DNA of 64,000 nt from Syncephalis fuscata S228 (GCA_025786725.1 JAHLTZ010000002.1:1-64000), one strand, 5' to 3'. Positions 1 through 13,334 are shown, counted from the first letter of the stretch. The notes: generated from the sequence alone by a model not told the origin. Numbers and translations: made by a program.

Positions 1-2113
1 AAATAACCTTAAAGATAATGGCAATAAAAAATCATTCAAGTAGAGTGCAATTATATTTATGCTAGTTTTTTACTAATTAAAAACAAGCACAGTGCTCATG
101 TGAAAAAAAATATTGTCATGCATGCTGGCGGGCCACACGCAGTACAACAGCATATTAAGAATGCTCTTATTGCTACACGTCCATCACCGATATTTGACAA
201 AGGTCCAAAAGAGTAGCGTGTTAGAAGGAAACCATGTGGATTTGGCCACATGACTATACTCAAAAGTAGACAATCTAATTAACCATATTGAACAAGATAT
301 GTATCCACATAGTGGCTTTAATCCGTATAGTTGATTAGTTGATATGCATGATAAATAAAATCGTGTCCAAATAATATTTCCATTCATCAAGCGATGCAAT
401 GTTCTACCTTGTGGTTTTGTGCAGATAGAATACTGCAAGCATAATTATCATTATTGTTGTATTTCAATGGACTGCGTCAATGTCCGATAATAATGACGAC
501 CTGCTTGGCAGTCGGTTCGGCATTTTTTCTTTAAAAATCACTGCTAAATGATTTCCATGTTAGTAATAATAATAATGATCATTGTTATTACTATCGCTAT
601 TATTGTATTCTCGGCAATTACCCCTTTTCCTTGAGTCATGGCAAGTAATACAAATAAATCATTGTGTTGGCATGCCGTGGTTGGCATCCTGGTGCAACTG
701 GCTGCCAACGATTACAGCACTGATTGTTATTGTTGTCGTTGTTATTGCATATGTGCGTAGCACGAGCCGTTTGATCGACTCTATTGCAGACTTGCATTCG
801 TATTCTTTGTGTATATGTTTTACTATCATGCAGGATAATATCTAGAGGCATTGATTGAGATAACATGCGGCCATTGCTAATAAATAGCGTTAACGTCATT
901 ACGAGTACTTTGCAATGCTTTGTACACGTGTCGCTTTTATCCATGTGGTTGTTTATTGGTCTAGCCATGGCATTAAAGATGACATTAACACTAAAGTGAC
1001 GATATCTATTTGTAATACACGGAGTTGTTGTACAATGTGCTCAGGGGCCATGAAAGGAATACAGTATACAACTAATAAACGAAGTTATATACACAGCGTA
1101 TAGATTTATGACATGATGATGCCACTGATTAGTAGTATTGATATTTTAATGAGCTTGCAAAGTCACTGCAATAATAACACAAAAACAAGAAACACGCGAA
1201 CTCATAAGACACATGTCCATGGTTCTTCCTTGTAAATAGACGATAACCACCAATGAAGAGTATGCACAAAATAGCGCTGCGTGAAAACGACTGGGCAGTC
1301 GTAAAAGCCGCGCGAAGGCATGGCGTACACTATGGATCTAAATGGTTGTCGTCGTTGTTAGCATCATCGTTAGCATTGTCGTTGCCAATCTAAATGATGG
1401 ATTCTGAGCCACATGCAGGTCCCATTCTCCATTCATTCATTCATTCGTTATGGTCAAGTGGCAGACATGTGCGCATGTGCACGGTTTTGCTCCCGCTGTT
1501 TTATATTTCTCCTTTTGTAAGTCATCCCGATGTATGATGTGTAACATATTTCCATAGTTGGCTCGATACTAGCATGTTGTTTTACCTACCTTATCACTGC
1601 CTAATGCTGTCGACCGTCTATTATAGTATGCGTGTTTTGGTAGGCGGCGTGACCACTGCGTGTATAGATAAAATGATCTCAAGGACTTGACAATCCCCTG
1701 GTCTGGTTCTATAAGCACCACCTTCTGCCACAACTACTATTTTCTCTGCATTCCTAATTTTTATCTGGCGCTTTACCACCACTGTTGCTTATTGTCGTTG
1801 TTATTGCCGGCTAAGCTGCACCAGCGTGGCCGTCGTGTTTTGTTAATCAGCACCGAGTTCTCCATTAGGAAGTAGTGTGTTCTAAGAATAGCGTTTCAAC
1901 CGCACACCTTGTACAGCACATTCTCCCTTGCCTTCTTTGTCAAAACACACGTGGCCATTCACTAGTGTAGTAAAATTAGTGTTTAAAAGGTGAGCTGTTC
2001 CACAAAATGCAAAGCTGGAATTTATTTTTATTTCAAAGCATACCTGCTTACGCGACACATTATAGATTTCTAGCCCTTTAAACTATTCATATTACCACTA
2101 TCATTATACCAGC

Positions 2114-3321
2114 ATGAGACTTAAACGCGCCTTTTCATTTGCGTCTCGAATCACCGAGCGTAAATCAGAGCTGAAAGAAGGCCCATCAGAAGGTCTTAAT
2201 ATGCCGCGGCCACTATCAATTGTTCCTTCGACTTCCTCGTCGACTGCCGCATCGTGCACATTATCATCTGCTTCATCCATTGTTTCGGTAAACACACCGT
2301 TACCATCATATCCTACTATTGTTCTACCCAATTCAGTAGCATCTATTACCACTTCCTCTGGTCCATTGACCATAACTCGGCGACGATCGGCCTATGAGCT
2401 GCCTTTTCTTGCAGATATCCGTCGTCTACTTCCTGATCGAACAACCATCACCGAAGATGCGGCAATCGCTATTTGGTGTTTTGGAAAGGATATGGTTGAG
2501 TTGCTTATTGATTATTGCGAAGGCACGCGACGTTTAATTGAAGGACGTCGATTAGAAGAGGCACTTCGTGAGCTGATGCTTCCCGAAGACACCGAAACGA
2601 CAACTCGTCCTCGGTGGACTTCTCCTTTTTGCATTAAAGGAAAAACAGCACAGTATCCGCCTTTGCTACGCGCACTACTTCACAGCGTAACAGGCGTGCG
2701 TCTTCATGCTGCCTACCAACTAGGCATTGATTACATGTCTATTGGCAGTGGATGGACTGGCCATTCAAATCGGCTTACCAATGATCTAACTAAAACACTT
2801 TCCGACCAGATTATTCGACATGTCGCCAAATCCAGCGCTGAACTGGTCATTCAAAGTGACCGCACTTGTGTCGGAGTTAACGAAGTTCTCTTGACACTTA
2901 GCACTGATCCACAGCTATGTCGTGCGTTTGCCATGATGGATTTGTCTCAACAGCTTACTGAAATTGTGTACGGAAATCCAATGGATGCTCGCCTTCACTG
3001 AGAAGTCTTGTTTGTTTGAATGACACATTAGCTCGACAACCATTTGGTAAGTTTTATTCCACAGTTAATTACAAAATGCCAACAATATCATTAGACATTT
3101 CACAGCATAGCCGAGCCTCGTCACTACATGCCATTCATCACCGTACCATTTCGCGACAAACTTCCAAATTCTCACTTGGTTCATCCTCTGTAGCTTCCTC
3201 AAAGGCGCAGGATCTTCGTGCGTTTATGGCTGATCCAACGGCAGCCTTTCTTGGCGTTCATGACGATGCTCGCGACTCGCAATGGACTCAAGTTTTCCGC
3301 GGTCTTGGTTCAAGCCAATAA
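2114..3321 (+). CDS. Hypothetical protein with a possible tandem histone-fold-like region. Probable 1-nt frameshift near 2990 and intron 3047-3094.
   Basis: 295-aa ORF with a Ser-rich N-terminus, then helical segments (IRRLLPDRTTITEDAAIAI...LEEALREL; QIIRHVAKSSAEL...VGVNEVLLTLSTDPQL) resembling histone-fold helices. An overlapping frame stays open past the stop into a GTAAGT...TAG in-frame intron and ORF 3016-3321. The fold is inferred. Confidence 0.55.
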
Positions 3322-5096
3322 GCTTTCCACAACTTCCTAAAATTGTTTTCTACAAACCGGATTGTTTCATCATAAGTAGCATTTGTTACTAGATTGAAAA
3401 CAGCCTGTTGGCACATCTTATGAAACTACACTGCATTCATGCGTGGTCAATAGCATACTTTTCTTTCTACTCTTTCATTTAAAGGTATAGCTCAATCATT
3501 TTTCTTAATTGTTTTGAAACTGGTAATTGCTTTAATTTTGTCGCTTGCAATAGTTGGCGTATAAACTTTCTAAAAGTGAAAGCAATCATTCTATTCATTG
3601 CATTTTTGTCCGTCCTGCTATTGGTGCAGTAGACGCGGCCTTGCCTCTTTGCTTTTTGCTCAATTTTCTTTGTTTATATTCTTTATTTTTCTATTTTCCG
3701 TTTCTACGGTTTGTTCTTCTCGGCTAAATTTTGTCGTCTGTTTTGGTAGCAGTTTTTTATTAATATTTTTGGCTGCTGGTCAGTCTTGGACATATTGATC
3801 TATGTCACTAATGACCTGATTTTGGGCTATAACGTAACAACTCACTACTAAATAAAGTGATTTGTTTTTTGGCTACATTAAACATTGCTGCGACTTTAGT
3901 ATGGCGCTGTTAATACCTTTAGTTGAATGGTTTTTAAGTATATTTACTATATGACACAAATAATATTACAGATAAATCCAAGTATATAATAAACCGTACT
4001 TTTACTTGATTAATATAATTTTGTGTATTCTTTTATAGTTAGTCTTTGGATCTTTCTTATTATATGGCATAAATGGTACAATTCATTTAGGTTGGTGCCC
4101 AAAGATTATATTTTACTATTAAAATAAGGTATCGAATAGCCGAATATGCAAGTGCCAACAAATCAATCTTTAATTTTGGTTGACGATCATTAAAGTAGAG
4201 GATCAACATTATGCATATTCTAAAGTACTGGAAAAACAAAGCCATTCAGTTGATTTGGCCAATGCAGCTTATCTTTCTTGGCTATGCACCAGTGCTCAGC
4301 CAGCTATTAAAATGTAGTGCAAGTTTAATGCATTATTACTACGATTACCAATGGTTGCCATAGCGTTACACCGGAAAATAGTTGTCATGCAACTTGAAAG
4401 GATTTTGACAAATAAAATAGCTATTTATACTCGTTTATCATTGACATAATATCGACAAGGCTTGGAATGCGGCAGGATACTGACAAAACTATTAAAAAGG
4501 GGTAAACGCCATCTATTCGATAATGACATCAATGTAAAGCTCCTTTCTAAATGACTTTGATAAAGAAAGAAATGCTTGATACTGCAAATGATGCAGCTCT
4601 TATTTACAAAAATGTCATTATATAGACTGTATTTAGTATCGATAAAAATAACAAATGTTTGTTTCAGTTTGACATATTTTAGTAGGATGATCATTCAGAT
4701 AATTTCTATAATAGCCATAGTTACGTGGTAGCGCGTATCCTTGTAGGTCGTGCAGGAGGACTTTCCGCGCACACGTGTATGTATTAGCGACTTTCATAGC
4801 ACGATGGCGCTAGCCCCTTGTGTAGAATATTTAATAAACAATAGACGGCCTGCCACCTTCTTTATGAAATATACATGCTGTATTTCATTAAATTGCTTAA
4901 TAGTCCGATTCTCTCCTTGTTGGTAATCATCAGCTATTACCTATAGTTATTGCTTTCTCGTTGCCGACACAACGACTTATATGGTGCTGGTCAAATAGAG
5001 CATTGTTTGGATAGTAACGGTAGAGCCCATAGACAACTATTGCCGCCGCGCCCCTATACTACACTTGCCATCTTTCGTTCACTCTATTTTCTAATA

Positions 5097-6323
5097 ATGT
5101 TGCCACGTTCTTGTCTTTGGAGGGCAAACATTGTCTATCTGGTGCTGTGCAGCACTTTTAGTATTCTTGATGCACAAGTGTTTCGCGGCCCCACCGGTAT
5201 TAGCTATCCTGAGCCAAACCGCGTGCCACCATTTCAAAAGGAATTTACCGCCAACTTGGACATGTCTAAAGTCCCAACGCAGCCGGTCCGACCACCCGGT
5301 GCACCACCGGCCTGCATAAACAGCTCAGTAGATGGTCCAAATCAAAGCTGCTGGTGGACCTGTGGTGGTTGCCGACGTGCAGAGGATATTGTAGGCTGTC
5401 CTGGTCGTGCAGCTGCTCTTACGTTTGATGACGGCCCGAGGTAAGTCGACAAGTAAATGGACACAGCATAGCTAAACATATTTATTTAATTATGTAGCAA
5501 CAATACACTTCTTCTTCTAGATGAATTAAAACGCCAAAACCTTAAGGCTACTTTTTGCGTTTTAGGCAGCCAAGTGCTACAGTTTCCAAATATATTAAAA
5601 CGCACATATGAAGAAGGTAGGTTATTATGGCATACTAAATATAAATACAATTGTAGTTGATAAGAATAAATAATGACAGGCCATAATATTTGCTCACACA
5701 CATGGTCGCATCCAGCACTTACATCATTAACTAACGAGCAAATTCTGGCCGAAATTAAATGGACCGAGCGTATTATTAAAGAAACCATTGGAGTTCAACC
5801 GAAATTTCTTCGTCCTCCATACGGAGATATTGATGACCGAGTACGTGCTGTGACTAAAGCAGCAGGCTACAGAATATTGCACTGGAACCTTGATTCCGAC
5901 GATTGGAAACTAAACAGCCAGTCACCGGCTGAACGTATCACAGTCACTGCAATGATAAGCAATTTGCGCAATGCCATGACACGTGGCGCAGCTGCAGGAG
6001 CAGGTCCTATGGCAGCCGAGGAGCACAAGAAGCTTACGGGATTTATTACGCTGGAGCACGATCTTACACCTGACGCAATCAAGCAGTTCCCTGAATTGAC
6101 CAAAATGATTCGTGATAGCAATTACCAGATTCAAACGGTATCACAATGCTTACAAGAAGATTCGGCTCACCATGATGATCCGCGTGCCACACAGGCACGT
6201 GTAGCCAGCTCCAGCGCAGCCAGTACTACGCACCATTTGTCATCGATGCAAATAGTTTGGCAGTTTACGTGCAGTTTACTGGCTGTTTCTTTGATCAAAA
6301 AAATTAGCCAATACTATATTTAA
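5097..6323 (+). CDS. Secreted polysaccharide/chitin deacetylase (CE4, NodB domain), probably GPI- or membrane-anchored. Introns 5441-5497 and 5617-5679.
   Basis: Spliced product has TFDDGP, HTWSHP, RPPYG and LEHD motifs, a Cys-rich CWWTCGGC pre-domain, an N-terminal hydrophobic signal, and an S/A/T-rich plus hydrophobic C-terminus. Confidence 0.92.
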
Positions 6324-7529
6324 TCCAATTGCAGTTTTCAAAATATGTACACCACGGCTATAAATAAAACTAGAATATGTTTTATGCATACGAATGGATT
6401 ACGTATGAATTAAGATATTAGTGATGTTATAGTCTATGTTTTGTTTTTAAGAAGAGATAATTAGTTGTAATACATCAATGCAATGCATTAAAATACTTGC
6501 CAAAAATGTAGTGACGAATTTAAATTGTAAAAGTGCAGCAACAATAGTTAAAACACTAATAAACGACTGCTACTATTTAATAAAGCAGCAAATGCATCAT
6601 TTTGTATCTCTGCTTTACAACTTTTTGTAATAAAGACAGAAATAACTATCACTATGCCAATTATTTAATAGTAACAGAAAAACAGCAATTTTACTAATGG
6701 CAATATAACCGGTATTTACTACAATATCTATAAAAGTATGTTAATACTGTTAACCTTTGGCCACAAAATCAATGGCTATTTTAAACCAAAGCAATGCAGA
6801 TTTGGCAACCAATTCTACGATAGTGCTTGCATTTTCAAATCATTCAAACGACTATTTCTTCTAAATTAATGGTGTCAAAGTTATCGTTACATTATTGGTT
6901 TAAATTCAACTATTAGTGGTTGTTTCTGTAATTGGGTAATGTAGTGTATACATATTTTATAATTAATCAATTAATGAGTATTATTGCTAAATATGCTCAG
7001 AGCCATTGACCTTCAAGTTAAATCTATTTGTATCTCCGTAACACAATGGAGGGGGTCATGTTACGCAACTTAAGCAAATACTACTATGTATATATATTTA
7101 CATTATGCAGTATTATATACCGAAATGATGATTACAGAGGAAATTGAGACATCCCCGTGTTGTTGTTAAACCAACAGCATGCCCAATTCGTAAGCATTGT
7201 TAAATGATACGAGTGAGGATGCCAATGCTGCCCATCTTGATCTAATTTGATCGGTTTTTAAATGTTACTTATTAATTAGATATGCAGTATTTTGCTACAT
7301 TTTTAATATTAAATTAGTAATTGCCATTACTATTTCAGCTAAAACTCTATTGTTTTAATACTACTAACATTGGTTAGAATACTAACTGAAAACTTTTGTG
7401 GCTATACAGTGTTTAGCAATAAATTCCAGTTATATCATAGTAAGACAAATCAATAATTAAATGCCTTTGGTTAACCTGTACTTTGACTCCCACATCTGCT
7501 TCTAAAGCACAACTCGTTCCAATCAGAGT

Positions 7530-7690
7530 CATGTTGTTATTATGCACGGTATAGTTATATTGCTTCCTACTAAAATATTGTTAATAAATTGATTTAAACA
7601 AACAATGCAGCATACTATTTCATTTTTTAAAACATTTAAGGCCGATTATTATTGTTGTTGGCCATGTGTAGAAAGATTGATCGGATATTA
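7530..7690. repeat. Dispersed ~160-bp AT-rich repeat (second copy at ~46035-46193)
   Basis: Collinear shared blocks at both sites: TTATATTGCTTCCTA, AAATTGATTTAAACA, GCATACTATTT, TTATTGTTGTTGGCCATGT, TAGAAAGATTGATC. Confidence 0.8.
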
Positions 7691-8129
7691 ATATAATTAT
7701 TACAAAGTCATTTATTAAACAGCCACTTCCTCTATAGCTAATCTGACTAAATAAATGACATTTGAACAATTAATATCATAATGACAATGTATATATTAAA
7801 GCAATAATAAAAATAACTAATTAATTACATTATTGTACTGGTAATTACATGTGAATTTATTAATGTTGAATGTAATATTATACATATTATAGTGACGAGT
7901 GAATGTTTAATTGTATTTAAAAGCGTTAAGAGGTGAAATAGATAAATAATAATGTGGGAGTCAAAGTACAGTAGCTCCATTGTCTTGATTTACTGATAAT
8001 ACACATACTAATATTAATAGACACTGATCATCAATAACAATTATGTAAAACGTGTTTATTATCACGTTATTGTATCAACAAGAATATAAAAATATAATGG
8101 ATTCATAATCGACAAATACTTGCAATAGA

Positions 8130-11100
8130 TTACTGGATAGAGTTTTCAACAACAAAGTCGGACCAACTACGCACTTCAGACGGAATCTTTTGATCTGTAG
8201 TCTGTGTGGTGGTGGTGGCACGTTTCTTTGCTAGTGCATCGACAAATAAGCGAGCACATTTGGCGTCATTAACCAATGGGATACCAAAGTCAACCGCGGC
8301 ACGTCGCATACCGTAATTGGCATCAGCGGTTGTGGTGGGACGATCACGGGCCAAATTGATACAGAAATCAATATGACGTTCTTTTAATTCAGTCTGCAGT
8401 GCTCGTTTATCGCCCAACGATAGTGTGGTTGTTTCGCAAGGAATTTGATGCTGGGCCAGTAGACTCGTCGTTTCTTGTGCATCGGTGTATAATGGATGGC
8501 CAAGTGTCTTATTTAATACACGGGCAACATGTACAAAGTCTTCATCGTTAGTAAGATGATCACGACCTAGTAGAACACCATGGCCAGATGTCGGTAAACG
8601 GAAGCCAGTGGTCGATTGGATGGCCGCCAGATAAGCTTCATGTTTATCCTTGCCAAAGCACGCCACTTCACCGGTCGAGGACATTTCAACGCCCAAGAAT
8701 GGATCGGCACCGGCCAAACGTGTCCAACTGAATTGCGGCACCTTAATTGCTTGATAGTTACGTTCAACCGACATAAGATCGACTGGAGCGGGTACTGATT
8801 CGTTGCAAAGTGCATGAGTTGCTACATCAATAAAGTTGACACCAAGCACTTTGGATACAAATGGGAAAGAACGTGAAGCACGTAGATTGCACTCAATAAC
8901 ACGTAGTTGTTCCGCATCGTTAGATCCCAAGGCCCGAATAACTTGCATGTTAAATGGACCAGTAATATCGAATGCCTTGGCTACTTTGCTGGTAATTTCC
9001 TTTAGACGATCAAGTGTTGTAGTGGGCAATTCACGCGATGGTAGAATAAGTGTGGCATCGCCAGAATGAACACCAGCTTGTTCAACGTGTTCTGACACGG
9101 CATGGCATAGTACATTGCCTTGGTGAGCAACGGCATCGACATCAATTTCTTGAGCACCGGCAATAAACTTAGTAACCACTACTGGATGTAATGGAGACAC
9201 TGTAGCTGCAGCACTTAGATGGTTCTTTAGTGCTGCTGCATCATGTGCCACATTCATAGCAGCACCACTTAGCACGTAGGATGGACGAACAAGTACCGGA
9301 TAGCCAACTTGATCGGCAAACTGTGTCGCTTCCTCGACACTGGTCAATTCTTTCCATTCGGGCTGATCAACGCCAATACGATCAAGTATTTGAGAGAACT
9401 TGTAACGGTCTTCAGCTTGATCAATCATAACCGGCGATGTACCAAGTACATTAACTTCATTTTCGTGCAAACGCAATGCAATATTCTGTGGTAATTGGCC
9501 ACCTACACTAACGACTACACCCGATGCCTGTTCACGTTCATAAATATCCATAACACGCTCGTACGACAACTCTTCAAAGTAGAGTCGATCACACTCGTCG
9601 AAATCGGTTGAAACAGTTTCTGGATTGTAGTTGACCACCACTGTTTTATGGCCTAATTGTCGAAGTGCACGTACACATGAAACACCGCACCAGTCAAACT
9701 CAACCGATGATCCAATACGATAGACGCCCGATCCTAATACCATTGTACCATGGTCGTCGAATTTAAGATCATCAGTCTCGGCGTTATAGGTGGTGTATAA
9801 ATAGTTGGTGGCAGCTGGAAATTCGGCGGCCAATGTATCGATACGCTTCACACGTGGTATAATATTGGCTGATTTACGCGTGGACCGTACTTCATCTTCA
9901 GTGGCAGGTGGATTAAGCGCTTTAGCGATTTGCACGTCAGAAAAGCCGCGCTGTTTGGCACGCTTTAATAGATCGACTGGCAAATTGTCCAAGCTATGTT
10001 GTTTAAGTTCCTTTTCCGTTTGAACAATATTGTCAAGCTTGTAAAGGAACCAGCGATCGATCTTGGTTAATTCATGAACACGATCGACAGAGTAGCCACG
10101 TTCAATCATGGCATAGCCAACGTGGAATAGACGGCGATCTGTAGGTACCGATAAAGCATTGTCCAGATTATCGGTCGGTATTGATTGGAATCCATTAAAC
10201 GATGGATCTACTTGGCGTACAGCTTTTTGTAGACTTTCTTCAAAAGTACGGCCAACAGCCATAACTTCGCCAACACTCTTCATACAAGAACCAACTTCGC
10301 GCGATACGTGGTTGAACTTGCTTAAATCCCATCGTGGTATTTTAGTAACGATATAATCCAGTGACGGCTCAAAGCAGGCAGTAGTCGATTTAGTGACGGC
10401 ATTCTGCAATTCTGGCAGTGTATAGCCGAGGGCAATCTTGGCGGCAATAAAGGCTAGTGGATAGCCAGTAGCCTTGGAGGCAAGTGCTGAACTACGTGAA
10501 AGACGGGCGTTCATTTCAATGACTTTATACTCAAGGCTGTATGGATTGAGTGCATATTGTACATTGCATTCGCCAACTACGCCCATATGACGTACAATTT
10601 TGATGGCGGCTGTACGCAGCATATGGTATTCCTCGTCGGTAAGTGTTTGTGACGGTGCCACCACAATACTGTCGCCTGTATGCGTGCCTAATGGATCAAA
10701 GTTTTCCATATTACATACAGTAATACAGTTGTTGGCTGCATCACGTACTACTTCATATTCAACTTCTTTCCATCCTCGCATAGACTTTTCAACTAGGATC
10801 TGCGGCGTAAGCGATAAAGAACTAGTAGCTAGCTGACGTAGCGAGTCTTCGTCTGAGGCAAAACCAGATCCTAGACCACCAAGCGAAAAGGCCGAACGAA
10901 TAATGACTGGATAGCCAATATCTGCCGCTGCATCAAGTGCATCTTGAACTGTTTCGACTGCAACTGACTGCGCTACAGGAATATCAATCTCTTGTAGTGC
11001 TTTAGCAAATAGATCTCTATCTTCACTTGTAATAAGTGTTTGGACAGGTGTGCCTAATACTTGTACGCCATGGCGACGTAGTACGCCCATTTTATCAAGA

Positions 11101-11711
11101 GCAATACCGCAATTAAGACCGGATTGACCACCAAATGTTAAAAGAATGCCATCGGGCTTTTCACGTTCGATAATGTACTCAAGGTACTCGGGCGTAACAG
11201 GCAAAAAGTAGATAGTATCGGCAAGTGCTTGTGATGTTTGAATCGTAGCAATATTAGGATTGACCAGCACTGTATGGATGTTTGCTTCTTTAAGTGCTTT
11301 AATTGCTTGACTACCTGAGTAGTCGAATTCGCCAGCTTGGCCAATACTAAGGCCACCGCTACCCACAACTAACACTTTATTGACGTTTACTTTAGGCACG
11401 TGCGCTAGAATATCCTCAGAAACGAGTGTTCTAACAGGTGCGGCTGTTGTACTGGCAAAGCGGTAGCCATTAAGCGAGAAGGAAGCCGTTGGTGTGGCAG
11501 TATTGATACGCTGACCATAGCTGCTGCTGGTAGCATTGCTGCTTGGTTTTGGCGCTCCCGTAACACTGGTGGGACAAAGACTGCCCAGTGAGTTGTTAGC
11601 TAACAAACTAAGGTGACGCGATTGTAAGCCAGCTAAAGTACGAGGAGGCAACGTCGATTTGACGCTCAAAAGGTTGGCCTTATGGCCGGCAGCACGTAGA
11701 ATTCGATGCAT
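8130..11711 (-). CDS. CPA2: Carbamoyl-phosphate synthase arginine-specific large subunit with mitochondrial presequence. Intronless; start at MHRILRAA.
   Basis: GSGGLSIGQAGEFDYSGSQA, two ATP-grasp halves (EMNARLSRSSALASKATGYP; ECNLRASRSFPF) and a C-terminal MGS domain. No GATase/DHO/ATCase domains, so not URA2. Arg/Ser-rich N-terminal leader. Confidence 0.95.
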   Translation of the reverse strand: MHRILRAAGHKANLLSVKSTLPPRTLAGLQSRHLSLLANNSLGSLCPTSVTGAPKPSSNATSSSYGQRINTATPTASFSLNGYRFASTTAAPVRTLVSEDILAHVPKVNVNKVLVVGSGGLSIGQAGEFDYSGSQAIKALKEANIHTVLVNPNIATIQTSQALADTIYFLPVTPEYLEYIIEREKPDGILLTFGGQSGLNCGIALDKMGVLRRHGVQVLGTPVQTLITSEDRDLFAKALQEIDIPVAQSVAVETVQDALDAAADIGYPVIIRSAFSLGGLGSGFASDEDSLRQLATSSLSLTPQILVEKSMRGWKEVEYEVVRDAANNCITVCNMENFDPLGTHTGDSIVVAPSQTLTDEEYHMLRTAAIKIVRHMGVVGECNVQYALNPYSLEYKVIEMNARLSRSSALASKATGYPLAFIAAKIALGYTLPELQNAVTKSTTACFEPSLDYIVTKIPRWDLSKFNHVSREVGSCMKSVGEVMAVGRTFEESLQKAVRQVDPSFNGFQSIPTDNLDNALSVPTDRRLFHVGYAMIERGYSVDRVHELTKIDRWFLYKLDNIVQTEKELKQHSLDNLPVDLLKRAKQRGFSDVQIAKALNPPATEDEVRSTRKSANIIPRVKRIDTLAAEFPAATNYLYTTYNAETDDLKFDDHGTMVLGSGVYRIGSSVEFDWCGVSCVRALRQLGHKTVVVNYNPETVSTDFDECDRLYFEELSYERVMDIYEREQASGVVVSVGGQLPQNIALRLHENEVNVLGTSPVMIDQAEDRYKFSQILDRIGVDQPEWKELTSVEEATQFADQVGYPVLVRPSYVLSGAAMNVAHDAAALKNHLSAAATVSPLHPVVVTKFIAGAQEIDVDAVAHQGNVLCHAVSEHVEQAGVHSGDATLILPSRELPTTTLDRLKEITSKVAKAFDITGPFNMQVIRALGSNDAEQLRVIECNLRASRSFPFVSKVLGVNFIDVATHALCNESVPAPVDLMSVERNYQAIKVPQFSWTRLAGADPFLGVEMSSTGEVACFGKDKHEAYLAAIQSTTGFRLPTSGHGVLLGRDHLTNDEDFVHVARVLNKTLGHPLYTDAQETTSLLAQHQIPCETTTLSLGDKRALQTELKERHIDFCINLARDRPTTTADANYGMRRAAVDFGIPLVNDAKCARLFVDALAKKRATTTTQTTDQKIPSEVRSWSDFVVENSIQ

Positions 11712-12705
11712 TGCAAATACGTAGAAGCAGTAACGGTTGGTGCAGTAACAGCAGCAAAACGAGTCAATATAGAATTGGAAAAAGGTAAAAAAGAACAGAA
11801 GTCCGCAGCAGCTGTAGTATAAATATAAAAAGATTAGATCCAAATCCGATCTTTATTATCCGATGTACAGTATGCAGATTTAAACGCGTGTTTGTCACAC
11901 TAACATCATTGAGACAACAGTATACTTGAATTAGTATCATCCCCTGTCTAGTAGATACTAGCGGTAATCCTGCCATTATAGTGTTTAATACGACGATAAA
12001 CATGCCATCCATAAGACTATTATGGCTGTTAAAATGTCTATTAACTAATTGATACTGATTATAGATTGCTTAATTAGTTGATAGTACTCGTACAGGGGTA
12101 AGTGACAGATTGCATTTTACTAGTTAGTAAGTTTGAAAATAGTAAAATAAAACTGATAGTTTTAGCTCTTTTATTTTTGAGATTCTCTACAGCCAATCAA
12201 CAGCCAATGCTGGTCGAGCCCATTGATCCTTCAGTGAATGCGGTCATTTTCTTTCGTTTCTTTTCTCCTCCTCTTTTGACTCCCGTCTGGATTATCGCAG
12301 TTGCGGGTAAGTAGACAATGGCATACAATAGAGTAGGATCATCAAGATTATATGCATGGCAATAAGCAATAGTAGTGGTCGTAGAGATTGTACCTACTAA
12401 TTCCCTTATGATCCTATATAATATATATAGTATAGTATATAAGTGGATCAATAGTGGAATCAGACAGTATAATCGCTATAGACTACGTACTATATGCAAT
12501 ACAGCACTTGTTTTATATCTTTTATATACAATGTTTATAAGAATAGATTAGTGGACAGACTGTTGTTGCGTAGCATTGATTATAAAAATACGGGAATTCT
12601 ACATATAAATTTACTAATTCTATAACTAAATATTAATATTAATATTGTAACTTAAATAACGGCAATAATAGCTTTTCCCGAGAGACTTTTCTATTGCCTA
12701 TCGCC

Positions 12706-13334
12706 ATGTCTTCCGCTCTTACCTGGCTATTGTTGAAGAAGCAAAACCGCTTCGTTGTCAAGCGTTCCGGCGCCGAGTTCAACACTGAACCAGCCAACTT
12801 GACCGGCAAGAACACCTTCACCTCCTCGTCCTTGGTCAACAAGGTAGGCATATATCCATAAATACCCTATAGTGGTGTGGTGATAGCTATCACAATGGCG
12901 CGTTCAATGTGATACCAATAGACGTATAGCATACATGTATAAATACATATGTATTTAGCAGTAGCTATAACAAGCATATAGTTTATTATAATAACACTAC
13001 AGCAACAACATCATCATCACTATCTATGCATATAAACAGTATGCTAATGACTGTTCTATACTGTGCACTACTTGCACCATTTATCTTCTATGCTATATAG
13101 TCCGTTGCTCTTTCACTCGGCCCAAAGGGTAAGGGCGTCAAGTTGACCCACGCCACTGGCAAGTCCGTCAAGTTGACTCGCGGTGCTGCTCGTGCTGCCC
13201 GCTCCGTCTCGGCTGCCGTCCGTCCACAGCAGCGCCGTGTCGCTTTGGCCCGCATGTCCGCCATCATCCGTGCCCAGCGCCCAGTAAAGGCTGTGACTTT
13301 CAAGCGCACCGGTATCCGTGCTTCCCGCAAGTAA
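12706..13334 (+). CDS. RPL28: 60S ribosomal protein eL28 (L28e). Exons 12706-12843 and 13101-13334.
   Basis: Spliced product MSSALTWLLLKKQNRFVVKRSGAEFNTEPANLTGKNTF...RRVALARMSAIIRAQRP is basic, shows strong codon bias and matches the L28e pattern. GTAGGC...TAG intron. Confidence 0.88.

Noticed and set aside
120-1220. Possible minus-strand gene or pseudogene fragments
   Set aside because: Short ORFs in shifting frames with no recognisable motif or consistent splice model.
2999-3001. TGA read-through or selenocysteine
   Set aside because: The same frame stops again five codons later and there is no redox-motif context. A frameshift explains the continuation better.
3950-7000. Degenerate inverted repeats flanking the deacetylase (~3950-4400 versus ~6680-7000)
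   Set aside because: Only short patchy matches in AT-rich DNA; significance cannot be established by eye.
8567-11368. Short ORFs overlapping CPA2 (and similar ones over NTE1, the subtilisins and HIS1)
   Set aside because: Antisense or alternate-frame shadows of long coding regions with no independent evidence.
11712-12012. Arginine attenuator peptide uORF upstream of CPA2
   Set aside because: No DYLSDHxW-like peptide is visible, and that uORF belongs to the small-subunit gene (CPA1/arg-2). The ORF-track extension to 11843 starts at a non-ATG codon and looks like UTR.
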